Below, one piece after another: positions 9,343-18,843 of a stretch of DNA of 64,000 nucleotides. Made by a program: the position numbers and the translations under genes. The stretch is from an uncultured Candidatus Bathyarchaeia archaeon (GTDB taxonomy: Archaea > Thermoproteota > CALKCG01 > B24 > DRYS01). The notes under the pieces are model-generated. The model made no database searches, was not told the DNA's origin, and saw only the letters and a list, made by a program, of their open reading frames with translations. The stretch covers positions 99,461 through 163,460 of the forward strand of contig CAZBGY010000001.1 in NCBI GenBank assembly GCA_964491605.1, written 5' to 3'. Within the stretch, counting starts at the first letter, position 1, and every line of letters starts with the position of its first letter.

Positions 9343-9579
9343 GTGAGGGTTATGAACGAAATAACTTTCATGGTATTGGAGGAGAGTCTTGGTAAAGTCG
9401 TTCTCGTTAAGCTTAAGGGAGGTAAGGCTTTAAGAGGCCTACTTGAAGGATACGATAAGCACCTAAACCTAGTCCTATCTAAAACAGAGGATATCACCGA
9501 TGGAAATGAAGGTGTTAAGCTTGGGAATGTTATAATCAGAGGAGATAACGTCGTCTTAATATCACCAGTAGGAGGTTAA
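9343..9579 (+). CDS. Sm/Lsm protein (start may be the ATG at 9352)
   Basis: Sm1 [10 protein letters not shown], Sm2 IIRGDNVV; sits upstream of rpl37e as is typical in archaea. Confidence 0.95.
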   Translation: MRVMNEITFMVLEESLGKVVLVKLKGGKALRGLLEGYDKHLNLVLSKTEDITDGNEGVKLGNVIIRGDNVVLISPVGG

Positions 9580-9586
9580 ACCCATA

Positions 9587-9775
9587 ATGGTTAAAGGAAC
9601 ACCTTCCATGGGCAAATACGGCGGGGAAACTCTCCATATAAGATGCCGTAGATGCGGAAGAAGATCATACAACGTGAAGAAGAAGCGGTGTGCCGCATGC
9701 CACTATGGAGAATCTTCCAGGATAGCGAGATACTCGTGGAAAAATAGGAAAGTTAACAAAGAGAGAGTTAAATAG
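9587..9775 (+). CDS. rpl37e: 50S ribosomal protein L37e
   Basis: [27 protein letters not shown]. Confidence 0.97.
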   Translation: MVKGTPSMGKYGGETLHIRCRRCGRRSYNVKKKRCAACHYGESSRIARYSWKNRKVNKERVK

Positions 9776-9842
9776 CATACAGGTTAAAACCGGTTAAAGT
9801 TTAAGAACCTCTCGCACAAACCTAATAACCTAGCTACAGGAT

Positions 9843-9917
9843 GGGCCGGTAGATCAGACTGGTATGATCGCCCCCTTGGCGCGGGGGAGGTCGAGGGTTC
9901 AAATCCCTCCCGGTCCA
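9843..9917 (+). tRNA. tRNA-Ala (GGC)
   Basis: GGGCCGG/CCGGTCC acceptor with G3:U70, anticodon arm CCCCC-TTGGCGC-GGGGG, T arm GAGGG-TTCAAAT-CCCTC. Confidence 0.95.
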
Positions 9918-9921
9918 CTAC

Positions 9922-10115
9922 CTACACTTCCTTGAACAGTATGAAGCCGTTGAGTATCGTGCATATGTAGTCGAACCTGTCTCGACGAGTCGCATCTCCT
10001 CCACGCTTCCAATCGCTTTTACACGTGGAATCTGATGCCTGAGCCTCTATCCCAGTACGAAACCGAGTCTTCTTCCTAATTCTACCAAAAAGTTAGCCGC
10101 AGCTTCTCTAGTCAT
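9922..10115 (-). pseudogene. Probable frameshifted gene remnant of unknown function
   Basis: SD-like AGGTGA then MTREAAANFLVELGRRLGFV; after a shift near 10055 another frame reads TGIEAQASDST...LFKEV*. Confidence 0.35.
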
Positions 10116-10673
10116 AACTCACCTACCGTCCGCCCTCTTTAGCCCTTCTGTAGAAGCAGTCGCCAGGTAAGCCAATCTTAAAGTATTTGTCGACCATGTT
10201 TCCATACACGCTTGGTCGTGTTAAAGCTACCGAAAAATTTTCCACTTCTCCTCCAACCTTAGGATCACCGTTTCGGAGTTAAAGCATTCATCTATATACG
10301 TGTTACTTACGCCTTAATACATGGAGGTTTGAAGCTAGTTGTGCGCGGAAAACTTTTAGCGTATATGAGCAGATTAAATGTTATAGCTGTCATGGGACGC
10401 ATAAGCGTATACTGTAAGTGTGGATACGTTTACATGGTTAGTCAAGGCTCCCTGCTCATATATCCTAACTATGGGCGTATTCCTATCCTGCTTCGGGATG
10501 GTGGCATATGGACGCATAAACTCGAGGAGTTCGATTACTCGAAATCTGTTATGGGTCGTAGACAAGAATTCAAACATAAACGTGGGGTTCACAGATACTT
10601 TAAGGTTAAAGCTCTATTAGAATAAATGCATACAGCCTTCCGCCTTGCTTATCAAGGTTAGGGAAAGCACCCC

Positions 10674-11021
10674 TTAGATTTCCCCACGTATTTCCGGTAG
10701 TAGGTAGGAGAGTATAAAGCCCAATATGAGACAGGCGGCTATTAATGATGCGATAATCATGAGTATTAGCGCGCCGCTCGCAGCATATCCATAAACGATT
10801 ATTCCGAGGGAAGCTGGTAAAAGGGCTATTTCTACGTAACGCTTAGCTTTTGTGTCGCTTACCATACGGATTGTTAGCGTGAGAGAAGCTCCGCCAAGTA
10901 CAAGTGATAATCCAATAATCATCGCGATAAAATCATTATTTATGAGAGCTTGCGTTAACCATAAAATCCCAAGAAGAGTTAGACTAATCGATTGAATTAG
11001 GGAGCACCTACCTTCGTTCAT
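10674..11021 (-). CDS. Hypothetical membrane protein (about 4 TM)
   Basis: 115 aa with four hydrophobic segments; TATA-like element upstream. Confidence 0.65.
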   Translation of the reverse strand: MNEGRCSLIQSISLTLLGILWLTQALINNDFIAMIIGLSLVLGGASLTLTIRMVSDTKAKRYVEIALLPASLGIIVYGYAASGALILMIIASLIAACLILGFILSYLLPEIRGEI

Positions 11022-11427
11022 ATACCTTTTCCATCTAAAGATTGGATAGGCTGAAATATGAAATATATAAGTTTAAGCTTAACCATAGATACTCCAGATA
11101 GGATAGAACAGGGGGATGGGGCTCTCAAATCAACCCTTCTTATCGCGGACGCTTTAATACCTTAAAATCATAATTAAAACGATCATTCAATCCAGCTGTA
11201 TCGCTCCAGGTATAATGGAATATAGGTGAATTTTAAATCTTCTACTCAGAGGTGGTCTGGTTCACCCCCCACGGATTACCGTTATATTTTCCATGATATT
11301 GCCCTCCAAGGGGTTATAAATTCTTTCTAAATGTTGTTTCAGTTTTAGACGATACATTCGATTCAATCTATTATGGAGTTGAACGTAAAATTAATGAGGA
11401 TAGAATAATCTTAATTATCACGATGCC

Positions 11428-11766
11428 TTGAGAGGATGGGTTATGGATGGTTGCAGTTTCAACGAAGCTAAAAGGATGGTTAGGAAGCTCGTAGAAGCTA
11501 AAGGATTCCCAGATGATGAATCCGCTTTAACCCAAAAGCTTCTATGGGCTTTTGTCGAGTTAGGTGAAGCTGCTGATGCATATAAGAAGGGTAAAGATTG
11601 GCTTATAGTTAGCGAGGAGCTTATCGATGTGATATTCTATATACTTGACTTTATAGGATTAGTCGAGAAAACTCAGGGTATAGAGATCGATGTCGACCGC
11701 CTGTTCCTTGAGAAATGGAGGAAGAATATGGATCGTCCGAAACGTTATGGTCAGGTAAGGGGTTGA
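11428..11766 (+). CDS. MazG-like nucleoside triphosphate pyrophosphohydrolase
   Basis: VELGEAADAYKK...EELIDV (ExxE...ExxD), followed by K..KN..R. Confidence 0.85.
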   Translation: MRGWVMDGCSFNEAKRMVRKLVEAKGFPDDESALTQKLLWAFVELGEAADAYKKGKDWLIVSEELIDVIFYILDFIGLVEKTQGIEIDVDRLFLEKWRKNMDRPKRYGQVRG

Positions 11767-11877
11767 AAGCTATCGGGGAGTTAGCTGAACTCTATTCTGA
11801 TTAGATTGTATAACATCGTATTATATAGCCTTGGTATAGTATTCCCTGCTCTTCACATAGTTTAACGAATGAAAGTA

Positions 11878-12828
11878 CTAATCTTGCATCCATATTCTCG
11901 ACCCTTTAACATCGAGAGCTATGAGTATACTGCATCCGGAGCATACATCCGATACCGATGGATCTCCACATAATCTGCATCTCTTAAGCTCTACTCGCGG
12001 TAACTCTCTCTCCATGATGGATCTTATAGTATCCCACATCCTGACAACGGTGAATTTTATACCTGGATGATTTTCTTCGAGAGTATTCAGAAATAGCCTT
12101 ACTTCGCTTCTTATCGATACACCCCTATATGGGCATGGCTCTGACTGAAACTCTATACCCTCTAGGTATGCGTATAATGCTATCTCTTTCTCAGGTATCT
12201 CTCTTAGAGGTTTTATCCTCCGCACGAACCCCTCTCTATAGTCGGTTACAGGCTTGGTGCGTATTAGCCTAAATAGATCTCCATGGAGTATGTTTACGAT
12301 GAGTGTTTGCGCCTCATCATCTAGGTTGTGAGCTGTAGCTAGCTTATTAGCGCCTACCTTTACGGCTGTATAGTTCAAAGCTTTACGTCTAAGGATCCCA
12401 CATATGCTACATGGGGTAAGTTTCAAGCTTCTCTTCTTAGCTTCAGCTATCATATCATCTAGGGTTAACCCATATAGCTCTTCGAATGATACTACAATAT
12501 GTTGCACTCCAAGTTTAGAAGCTTCCCTCGATGCTAACTTGATAGATTCCTCCCTATACCTTTCTATTCCTTCGTCGATCGTTATAGCGTATAGCTTAGC
12601 TTTAGGAAATCTACGCTCTATCTTAGCTAGTATCCTTAGTAATGTTAGGCTATCCTTTCCGCCGGAGACTCCTACAGCTATCCTATCATCTATATCGAGC
12701 ATCCTATACTTACGGATGGTGCTTCTAACCTTCTCTTCTATAGATGCTATAAAATGTTTAACGCAGTATGCTTCTCCTGAGTAAACCCTAAAGTATACTG
12801 CCTCCTTATCGCATTTAATACACTTCAA
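11878..12828 (-). CDS. tRNA 2-thiolation protein, TtuA/Ncs6 (TIGR00269) family
   Basis: PP-loop VSGGKDS, CSICGILRR, ATAHNLDDE, terminal Zn fingers. Confidence 0.92.
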   Translation of the reverse strand: MKCIKCDKEAVYFRVYSGEAYCVKHFIASIEEKVRSTIRKYRMLDIDDRIAVGVSGGKDSLTLLRILAKIERRFPKAKLYAITIDEGIERYREESIKLASREASKLGVQHIVVSFEELYGLTLDDMIAEAKKRSLKLTPCSICGILRRKALNYTAVKVGANKLATAHNLDDEAQTLIVNILHGDLFRLIRTKPVTDYREGFVRRIKPLREIPEKEIALYAYLEGIEFQSEPCPYRGVSIRSEVRLFLNTLEENHPGIKFTVVRMWDTIRSIMERELPRVELKRCRLCGDPSVSDVCSGCSILIALDVKGSRIWMQD

Positions 12829-13958
12829 GGTTTCACCGTCATCAGGTATCCCATCCTAGTAACCGTTAGTCCTATATTTGATGCAAGTAGTGCGAACATG
12901 CATAGGTTTATTGAGATTCTAAGAATTCTCTCAACGTTTTCATCGATATATAGGAAGCTGAGGAGGTATCCCTCGCCGTCTAGAGGATATAATGGTAGCA
13001 TGTTGAATAATGCTAAGCTTATATTTACAACGTAGATTCCGGTTAAAAACATACCGATATAGAAGTTTAGAGGAACTATATCTAACGATAGAAGCTTCCT
13101 ATAAGGTTGAGCATACAGTTTGATACCTATCCCATAGCTTAAACCCCTAGAAACCTTGACGTTATACGATCCTATATTCGTGTTTATCGTTACATATGCA
13201 TCGATCTTACTTCTAAGATAGTTTAGAAACTCCTCTATACTAGTTATTTTAACTCCGTCTACAGAGTATATTACCGTCCACTGACCTACACCTAAACTGC
13301 TCAGAGGGCTATTAGGCTCTACCTCGGCAATTATAAGTCCTTCAGGGGCTGTAAACAGTATAGAGTATAGTAGTATCGTAGCGACTCCTACTAGAAGGTT
13401 AGCTAACGATCCCGCCCCCAATATCCGTCTTCGAATCCTCCTATCAGCTCTCCTATAGGATTCCTCCTCAGGTTCGACGAAAGCTCCTAGGAGCAGTAGT
13501 ACTAGGAATACGCCAGCGCTCTTCACAGGTATGCCCTCTATCTTCATGATGACTCCGTGAGCTGTTTCATGAACTATCATAGCTATCGCTATAGGTATTA
13601 GGAAGTATAGGAATAGCTCTATATCCACCGTTACCCCAGGTAAGAATGGCAGTATGGGGCTCGGCTCCCCTTCAGGTACGAGGAAATTAGCTAGATTCCA
13701 TGCCAGAAATATCATGGCTGATAGCGAAAGTAATATGCCAGTATACTCTCCTATCCTACTGTAGATTATCCAGAATCTCCTCGATACAGCGGTTATCCTA
13801 TCTAGTAGCTTCAACGTTCTCTCAGCTTTCAGCATTACATAGATCGGGCCTACATCCAACCCATATCTCGATAGATCCATCTTTTTAGATACGATGTAGA
13901 GTAGTAGTATTAGGAAAGCTGATATGATGAGTATCGACGGCCCATACATGTTCCTCAC
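12825..13958 (-). CDS. Site-2 protease (M50) with PDZ-like insert
   Basis: HETAH, GAFVEP, FNMLPLYPLDG; multiple TM segments. Confidence 0.92.
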   Translation of the reverse strand: MRNMYGPSILIISAFLILLLYIVSKKMDLSRYGLDVGPIYVMLKAERTLKLLDRITAVSRRFWIIYSRIGEYTGILLSLSAMIFLAWNLANFLVPEGEPSPILPFLPGVTVDIELFLYFLIPIAIAMIVHETAHGVIMKIEGIPVKSAGVFLVLLLLGAFVEPEEESYRRADRRIRRRILGAGSLANLLVGVATILLYSILFTAPEGLIIAEVEPNSPLSSLGVGQWTVIYSVDGVKITSIEEFLNYLRSKIDAYVTINTNIGSYNVKVSRGLSYGIGIKLYAQPYRKLLSLDIVPLNFYIGMFLTGIYVVNISLALFNMLPLYPLDGEGYLLSFLYIDENVERILRISINLCMFALLASNIGLTVTRMGYLMTVKP

Positions 13959-14698
13959 CGATCGAACCCTGAAGATCTAATCTTCCTACGGATAGCTGGA
14001 TCCTTCGCCGCGATCTCTCTTAACGCCTGCTCGAAGCTTTCATCGAGAGGTATCTCTTCAGCTAGATATACGCCTGTCCTACCCACCTCATCCCTCCTAG
14101 TTAACACATCGATCCTCTCATGAACTATAGCCTCGCTTACACCAAGCTTTTTAGCAACTTCGGCTTCAAGCCCTATAATCGAATACTCTATATGACCATA
14201 GCCTGTAGGCTCTATCAACGTAAGCCTCTTAGATACCCCCGGTACTCTCAGACCTGATACCATTCCCCTCAAATCTATTATACCGCTAAATCTGTAGAAA
14301 TCCCACTCTAAACTTGTAAATTTAACTAGAGGAAATGTTACGCAAACCCTTCCTTCGAGATCCAGATATACATGAGCTTTGATAGCTCTCCTAGGCGTAG
14401 CTTGAACGAGCTTTTTAGCTTCTATCTTATAGCCTCCGCTGATTAGTGCAAGCTCGATCCTATGCGATCTTACGGTTGTAGGCACCACTACATCTATATC
14501 GCTATATTCGTCTACATCCCCTCTAGCTATACTTCCATGGATATACCCTTCTATACCGTGCTTAGCTAATGCCTCAAGGATACCCTTCGCTTCGGACCTT
14601 AAATTTGATAGAAGAGTCCATCTACGTTCATCATATACGACTTCCACTATATCTTGCATTCTAATAGGTTTCTCAGCGGATCCCCTCCTAATCCTCAT
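13955..14698 (-). CDS. Archaeal nucleotidyltransferase (Pol beta superfamily, COG2413-like)
   Basis: HGSIARGDV...SDID, RVPGVSKRL, RRDEVGRTG. Confidence 0.85.
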   Translation of the reverse strand: MRIRRGSAEKPIRMQDIVEVVYDERRWTLLSNLRSEAKGILEALAKHGIEGYIHGSIARGDVDEYSDIDVVVPTTVRSHRIELALISGGYKIEAKKLVQATPRRAIKAHVYLDLEGRVCVTFPLVKFTSLEWDFYRFSGIIDLRGMVSGLRVPGVSKRLTLIEPTGYGHIEYSIIGLEAEVAKKLGVSEAIVHERIDVLTRRDEVGRTGVYLAEEIPLDESFEQALREIAAKDPAIRRKIRSSGFDR

Positions 14699-14817
14699 CT
14701 ATAGTTAACCTCTTCTTAATACATATCTTCTAGATTAAACCTATTAGAAAGAGACCGTTCAGTTTAATAATAAGCTATCGCTACCCTCTCATAGACTGGG
14801 ACTCTAGAGGTGTATGT

Positions 14818-16554
14818 ATGGATCTATACGATAAAGTTATGGATCTAGCTAGACGTAGAGGCTTCATATGGCAATCCTACGAGATATACGGCGGGGTAAG
14901 GGGATTCATAGATCTCGGCCCTCTAGGTGTCATACTTAAGAGGAGGATAGAGGAGAAGTGGAGGAAGTTCTTCGTAGATCGCCTCGGCCTCCTAGAGCTG
15001 GAAACACCTATAATATCGCCTAAGATAGTATTCGAAGCTTCAGGTCATTTAGAACATTTCAAAGATCCTATGACCGTATGTACCGGTTGTGGTAGAGCGT
15101 ATAGGCTAGACCATCTCATAAGGGATTCGACGAATATACCGGATAGTAGACTCGAAGGGTTAAGCTTAGAGAAGCTTGAGGAGCTTCTCGATAGTTATAA
15201 TGTGAGATGTCCATACTGTAATTCTAAGCTTGGTAAACCTGAATACTTCCTTACGATGTTCGAAACTAGGATAGGCCCGTTATCCGGTGATGTGGGATAT
15301 GCGAGACCCGAAACAGCTCAAGGTATATTCATAGCGTTTAAGAGGCTACTAGAGTATGCTAGGGGTAATCTACCCTTCGGTGTAGCTCAGATAGGTAGGG
15401 TTCTGAGGAACGAGATATCCCCTAGACAGGGGCCTATAAGGCTTAGAGAATTTACGATAGCTGAATTCGAGTTTTTCTTCGATCCTGAAGATAGATCCTG
15501 CAGCTTGATAAGCGAGGTTGAAGACGAGGAGCTTAGAATACTTACAGTAGAGCAGAGGATAAAAGGTTTAGATGAACCTATAGTGGTTAGTGTAAGCGAA
15601 GCTATCAATAAAGGGTTGATAAAGCTTGAGTGGCTTGCATACTTTATGGCTCTTGCTAAGAGGTTTCTCGAAGAGCTTGGGGTTCCAGATGATAGGCAAA
15701 GATTCATAGAGAAGCTCGATTCTGAAAGAGCTCATTACTCCGTACAAGGCTTCGATCAAGAAGTGTATCTTTCTAGATGGGGTTGGGTCGAGGTATCTGG
15801 GCATAATTATAGAACAGACTACGATCTAAGTAGGCATCAGAAATTAAGTGGGGTGGAGATTACGGTGTTTAAATCCTATCCGCATCCGGTTAAGGTTAAG
15901 AAGCTTACGGTTAAACCCGATTATAGATCTATAGGATCGAGGTATAGGGAGAAAGCTAGAGTAATATTTGATGCCCTAAATAGGATGGATCCGTATGAAG
16001 TGAAGAGGATCGTATCCGAGAAAGGGTTCCTAGAGCTGGAGGGATGTAGGATCGAATCTAGCGAGTTAAACTTCATCGAAGAGGAATATGAGGAGAGTGG
16101 ACGTAAATTCATTGCGCACGTCGTCGAACCTAGCTTCGGTGTGGAGAGACTTCTTTACGTAACCCTAGAATATGCGTATAGAGAGGTCGGTGATCGAATA
16201 GTTTTGAAGCTACCTAAAGATCTAGCTCCGATACAAGTAGCCGTTTTCCCCCTCCTATCTAGGGATGGGCTTCCGGAGAAAGCCTATCAAATCTATAGAG
16301 CTATCAAGGATGCAGGATTTAAAGTAGAGTACGATGATTCCGGATCTATAGGTAGAAGATATGCTAGAGCTGATGAGATTGGTGTACCTATAGTCGTAAC
16401 CGTAGATTACAGGAGTCTAGAGGATGATACCGTAACCCTTAGAGATAGGGATACATGGAGCCAGGTGAGAGTTAACATATGCGATCTAGAGGATAAACTT
16501 AGAAAGTATTTTGAAGGTAAGGTTAGCTTCGATAAGCTGGGTACCCCAGTATAG
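14818..16554 (+). CDS. glyS: Glycine--tRNA ligase
   Basis: RRGF...YEIYGG, RPETAQGIF, RNEISPRQG, REF, EPSFG, SIGRRYARADEIG. Confidence 0.97.
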   Translation: MDLYDKVMDLARRRGFIWQSYEIYGGVRGFIDLGPLGVILKRRIEEKWRKFFVDRLGLLELETPIISPKIVFEASGHLEHFKDPMTVCTGCGRAYRLDHLIRDSTNIPDSRLEGLSLEKLEELLDSYNVRCPYCNSKLGKPEYFLTMFETRIGPLSGDVGYARPETAQGIFIAFKRLLEYARGNLPFGVAQIGRVLRNEISPRQGPIRLREFTIAEFEFFFDPEDRSCSLISEVEDEELRILTVEQRIKGLDEPIVVSVSEAINKGLIKLEWLAYFMALAKRFLEELGVPDDRQRFIEKLDSERAHYSVQGFDQEVYLSRWGWVEVSGHNYRTDYDLSRHQKLSGVEITVFKSYPHPVKVKKLTVKPDYRSIGSRYREKARVIFDALNRMDPYEVKRIVSEKGFLELEGCRIESSELNFIEEEYEESGRKFIAHVVEPSFGVERLLYVTLEYAYREVGDRIVLKLPKDLAPIQVAVFPLLSRDGLPEKAYQIYRAIKDAGFKVEYDDSGSIGRRYARADEIGVPIVVTVDYRSLEDDTVTLRDRDTWSQVRVNICDLEDKLRKYFEGKVSFDKLGTPV

Positions 16555-16562
16555 TTTGAAGA

Positions 16563-16823
16563 TTATTCGCTAGTAGGCATCCTTTTCTCCATGATGAGGA
16601 TCCATCCTATCCATAAAAGTATAAGCCAGAATAGGACGACGATAAGATATACTGGTACAGCTAAAGCCCACCAGCTTAGAGGTCTACCTAGTAAACTCCA
16701 GCCTTCAGGTATGAAAAATAGGAATACCGTTTGAAGTATTATGAAAAATATGCTAAACGTACATAGTAATATACCTATAAGCTTCGGCTTCAGGCTAGAG
16801 ATCATTATCAATCTACCATCCAT
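16563..16823 (-). CDS. Small 2-TM membrane protein, DPM2-like
   Basis: K.IG.LL...S TM1, loop, P..WALAVP TM2 ending WIG.IL; size and pattern resemble eukaryotic DPM2. Confidence 0.5.
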   Translation of the reverse strand: MDGRLIMISSLKPKLIGILLCTFSIFFIILQTVFLFFIPEGWSLLGRPLSWWALAVPVYLIVVLFWLILLWIGWILIMEKRMPTSE

Positions 16824-16851
16824 ACCCTATTATCACCTTAATCTGTTATCC

Positions 16852-17529
16852 TTAACTTATATGTATAGCTATAACTCTAACTTGGTCGACAGTATCTTCA
16901 CAGCTATCCGCGGTATTCTCTAACGCATCTAGAAATTGTGAGAGGAATACTATACGCGGAGCTGGTAGGTTATCTAAGCCATCTACTATGAGCTTACGGC
17001 ATCTACCGTAAGCTTCATCCACCTCCTCCTCAGCTTCCTCGACTTTATCAGCGTATTTCAACGCCTCCTCCTTATCCTCTAGTAGAGTTTCGACGCATCT
17101 ACGTGTAGCTTCACTACATTTAACTAGCAGTTTAGCCATATCCAATATGCATGATCTAAGCTCTGTAGGTAATTCTCCCAGTTTAGGTAGGATGGCTAAT
17201 ATTCTACCTGCACCTCTAGCATAATCTGCTATCATATCAACCCTTTTCACTAGATGGCTTAAATCATCTTTATCCTCCGCCGTTAGCTCGCTTCTCGCAA
17301 GCTCATAGATGATCTTTCTCCTATATCTATCAGCTTCCCTCTCTCGTTCATTTAATAATTCGAGTATGTCGTCGGCATTTTCATCATTTAAAGCTCTATG
17401 CGTTGCCTCAGATATATCCTCGACGCATCTGGTAGCTAGCTCTAGATGCCTTACTACGCTAGATATAAGTCTACTCTTCCTCCTCCCATAAAGCCATCCT
17501 ATAAGCCCTGAAGCCATGATTAAACCCAC
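16852..17529 (-). CDS. DUF47 / TIGR00153 (PhoU-like) protein
   Basis: EREAD..RR.I, D.IAD, EEEVD, LENTADSCED. Confidence 0.88.
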   Translation of the reverse strand: MGLIMASGLIGWLYGRRKSRLISSVVRHLELATRCVEDISEATHRALNDENADDILELLNEREREADRYRRKIIYELARSELTAEDKDDLSHLVKRVDMIADYARGAGRILAILPKLGELPTELRSCILDMAKLLVKCSEATRRCVETLLEDKEEALKYADKVEEAEEEVDEAYGRCRKLIVDGLDNLPAPRIVFLSQFLDALENTADSCEDTVDQVRVIAIHIS

Positions 17530-17697
17530 CTAAATAACGTTATTAAACTATCCTAAGTTAAGGATATTTAAGAGTTCGTAGAGTATATACCGAATAGAGA
17601 AATAGGTGAAGCTTCAAAACAAATTCATAGAGAAAGAGAAGCACGTTCCTTCGAGTTTACTTAAGTATCTGCTAAACCTAGAAAGGGTTGGAGAGGT

Positions 17698-18837
17698 ATG
17701 AAAAGACGTGGATATGGTAGAAGGGGTTATCTCGCATTCATACTGGGCATAATAGTAGGTTTTCTCCTATTCCTTCTAATCTCTGCTGTATATTCACTTC
17801 GCCCTATTATATTGTTTCTTAAGCCCGTCTCAGCCGATACTTTAGAGATAACATTCCTCTACACTAGCGAGAAGCAGGGCTGGATAGAAAGCGTAACACC
17901 TGCATTCGAGAAATGGGTTAAGGATAGCCTAGGGTTGAACGTAAAGGTTAAGCTTATAGTAGCGGGATCTCATGAAACCGTAAACTTAATACTCCATGGA
18001 AGCGTTAAGCCCACCGTCTGGAGCCCAGCCTCATCTATATGGATACCCTACCTTAATTCTAAATGGAGGACTCTAGGATACAGTTATGACCTAGCTTTAA
18101 ACGGTACACCCTTAGTTTACTCTCCTACGATTATCGCTGTATGGAAATCTTTCGCGGAACGCTACAATATAACATATCTAAGCGATTTATACCGTATAAT
18201 AGAGGAGGGTGTAGAGTTTAAGTATGGGCACCCGGATCCTACGCTAAGTAATGGCGGTGTAGTCGCTCTACTTATGGAGGTCGCTGCGGCTGCTGGTAAA
18301 CCCATTACTATGCTAACCGTGGAGGATCTCATGAATTCATCTATACAGGAGAAGGTATCTTCGCTGGAAAGATTTGCTGTTAAGTATGGTAAGAGTACAG
18401 GCTTCTTCGGTAAATGGGCTGCTGAAAGCGGTCCTCAAGCTATACAGGTATTCATCGTATACGAGAATGTTGTAGTAGATAATTCGCTTGCGGCTAAGCG
18501 TAAATGGAATGATCCGCTTATAGCTGTATATCCGAAGGATGGAGTTTTTCTATGTGATCACCCTTATGTCTTGCTCAATGCACCCTGGGTAAGCGAAGAA
18601 GATAAGCGTATAGCTGAGCTGTACCTAGCCTTCCTCCTAAGCGATTATTCCCAGATGGAAGCTATGAAGCACGGTTTCAGACCTGGTGTCGAGCATATTC
18701 AGATTGATATAAGCATATTCAATATTGATAACGGCGTTAATTCCATCATAGATGCTCCGGTCTATACCACGATACCGTCCAGTAATCTTCTAGAAGGTCT
18801 AATCGTATTATGGGATAAGGTTAGGGCTGGAGGGTAA
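17698..18837 (+). CDS. ABC transporter substrate-binding protein, N-terminally membrane anchored
   Basis: TM anchor, YTSEKQGW, PTVWSPASSIW, GHPDPTLSNGG, STGFF, YEN, YP..G...DHP, GFRP. Confidence 0.85.
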   Translation: MKRRGYGRRGYLAFILGIIVGFLLFLLISAVYSLRPIILFLKPVSADTLEITFLYTSEKQGWIESVTPAFEKWVKDSLGLNVKVKLIVAGSHETVNLILHGSVKPTVWSPASSIWIPYLNSKWRTLGYSYDLALNGTPLVYSPTIIAVWKSFAERYNITYLSDLYRIIEEGVEFKYGHPDPTLSNGGVVALLMEVAAAAGKPITMLTVEDLMNSSIQEKVSSLERFAVKYGKSTGFFGKWAAESGPQAIQVFIVYENVVVDNSLAAKRKWNDPLIAVYPKDGVFLCDHPYVLLNAPWVSEEDKRIAELYLAFLLSDYSQMEAMKHGFRPGVEHIQIDISIFNIDNGVNSIIDAPVYTTIPSSNLLEGLIVLWDKVRAGG

Positions 18838-18843
18838 TCTACT

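Noticed and set aside
10329-10625. Three overlapping short ORFs
   Set aside because: None has a recognisable family or clear start signal, so I cannot choose among them.
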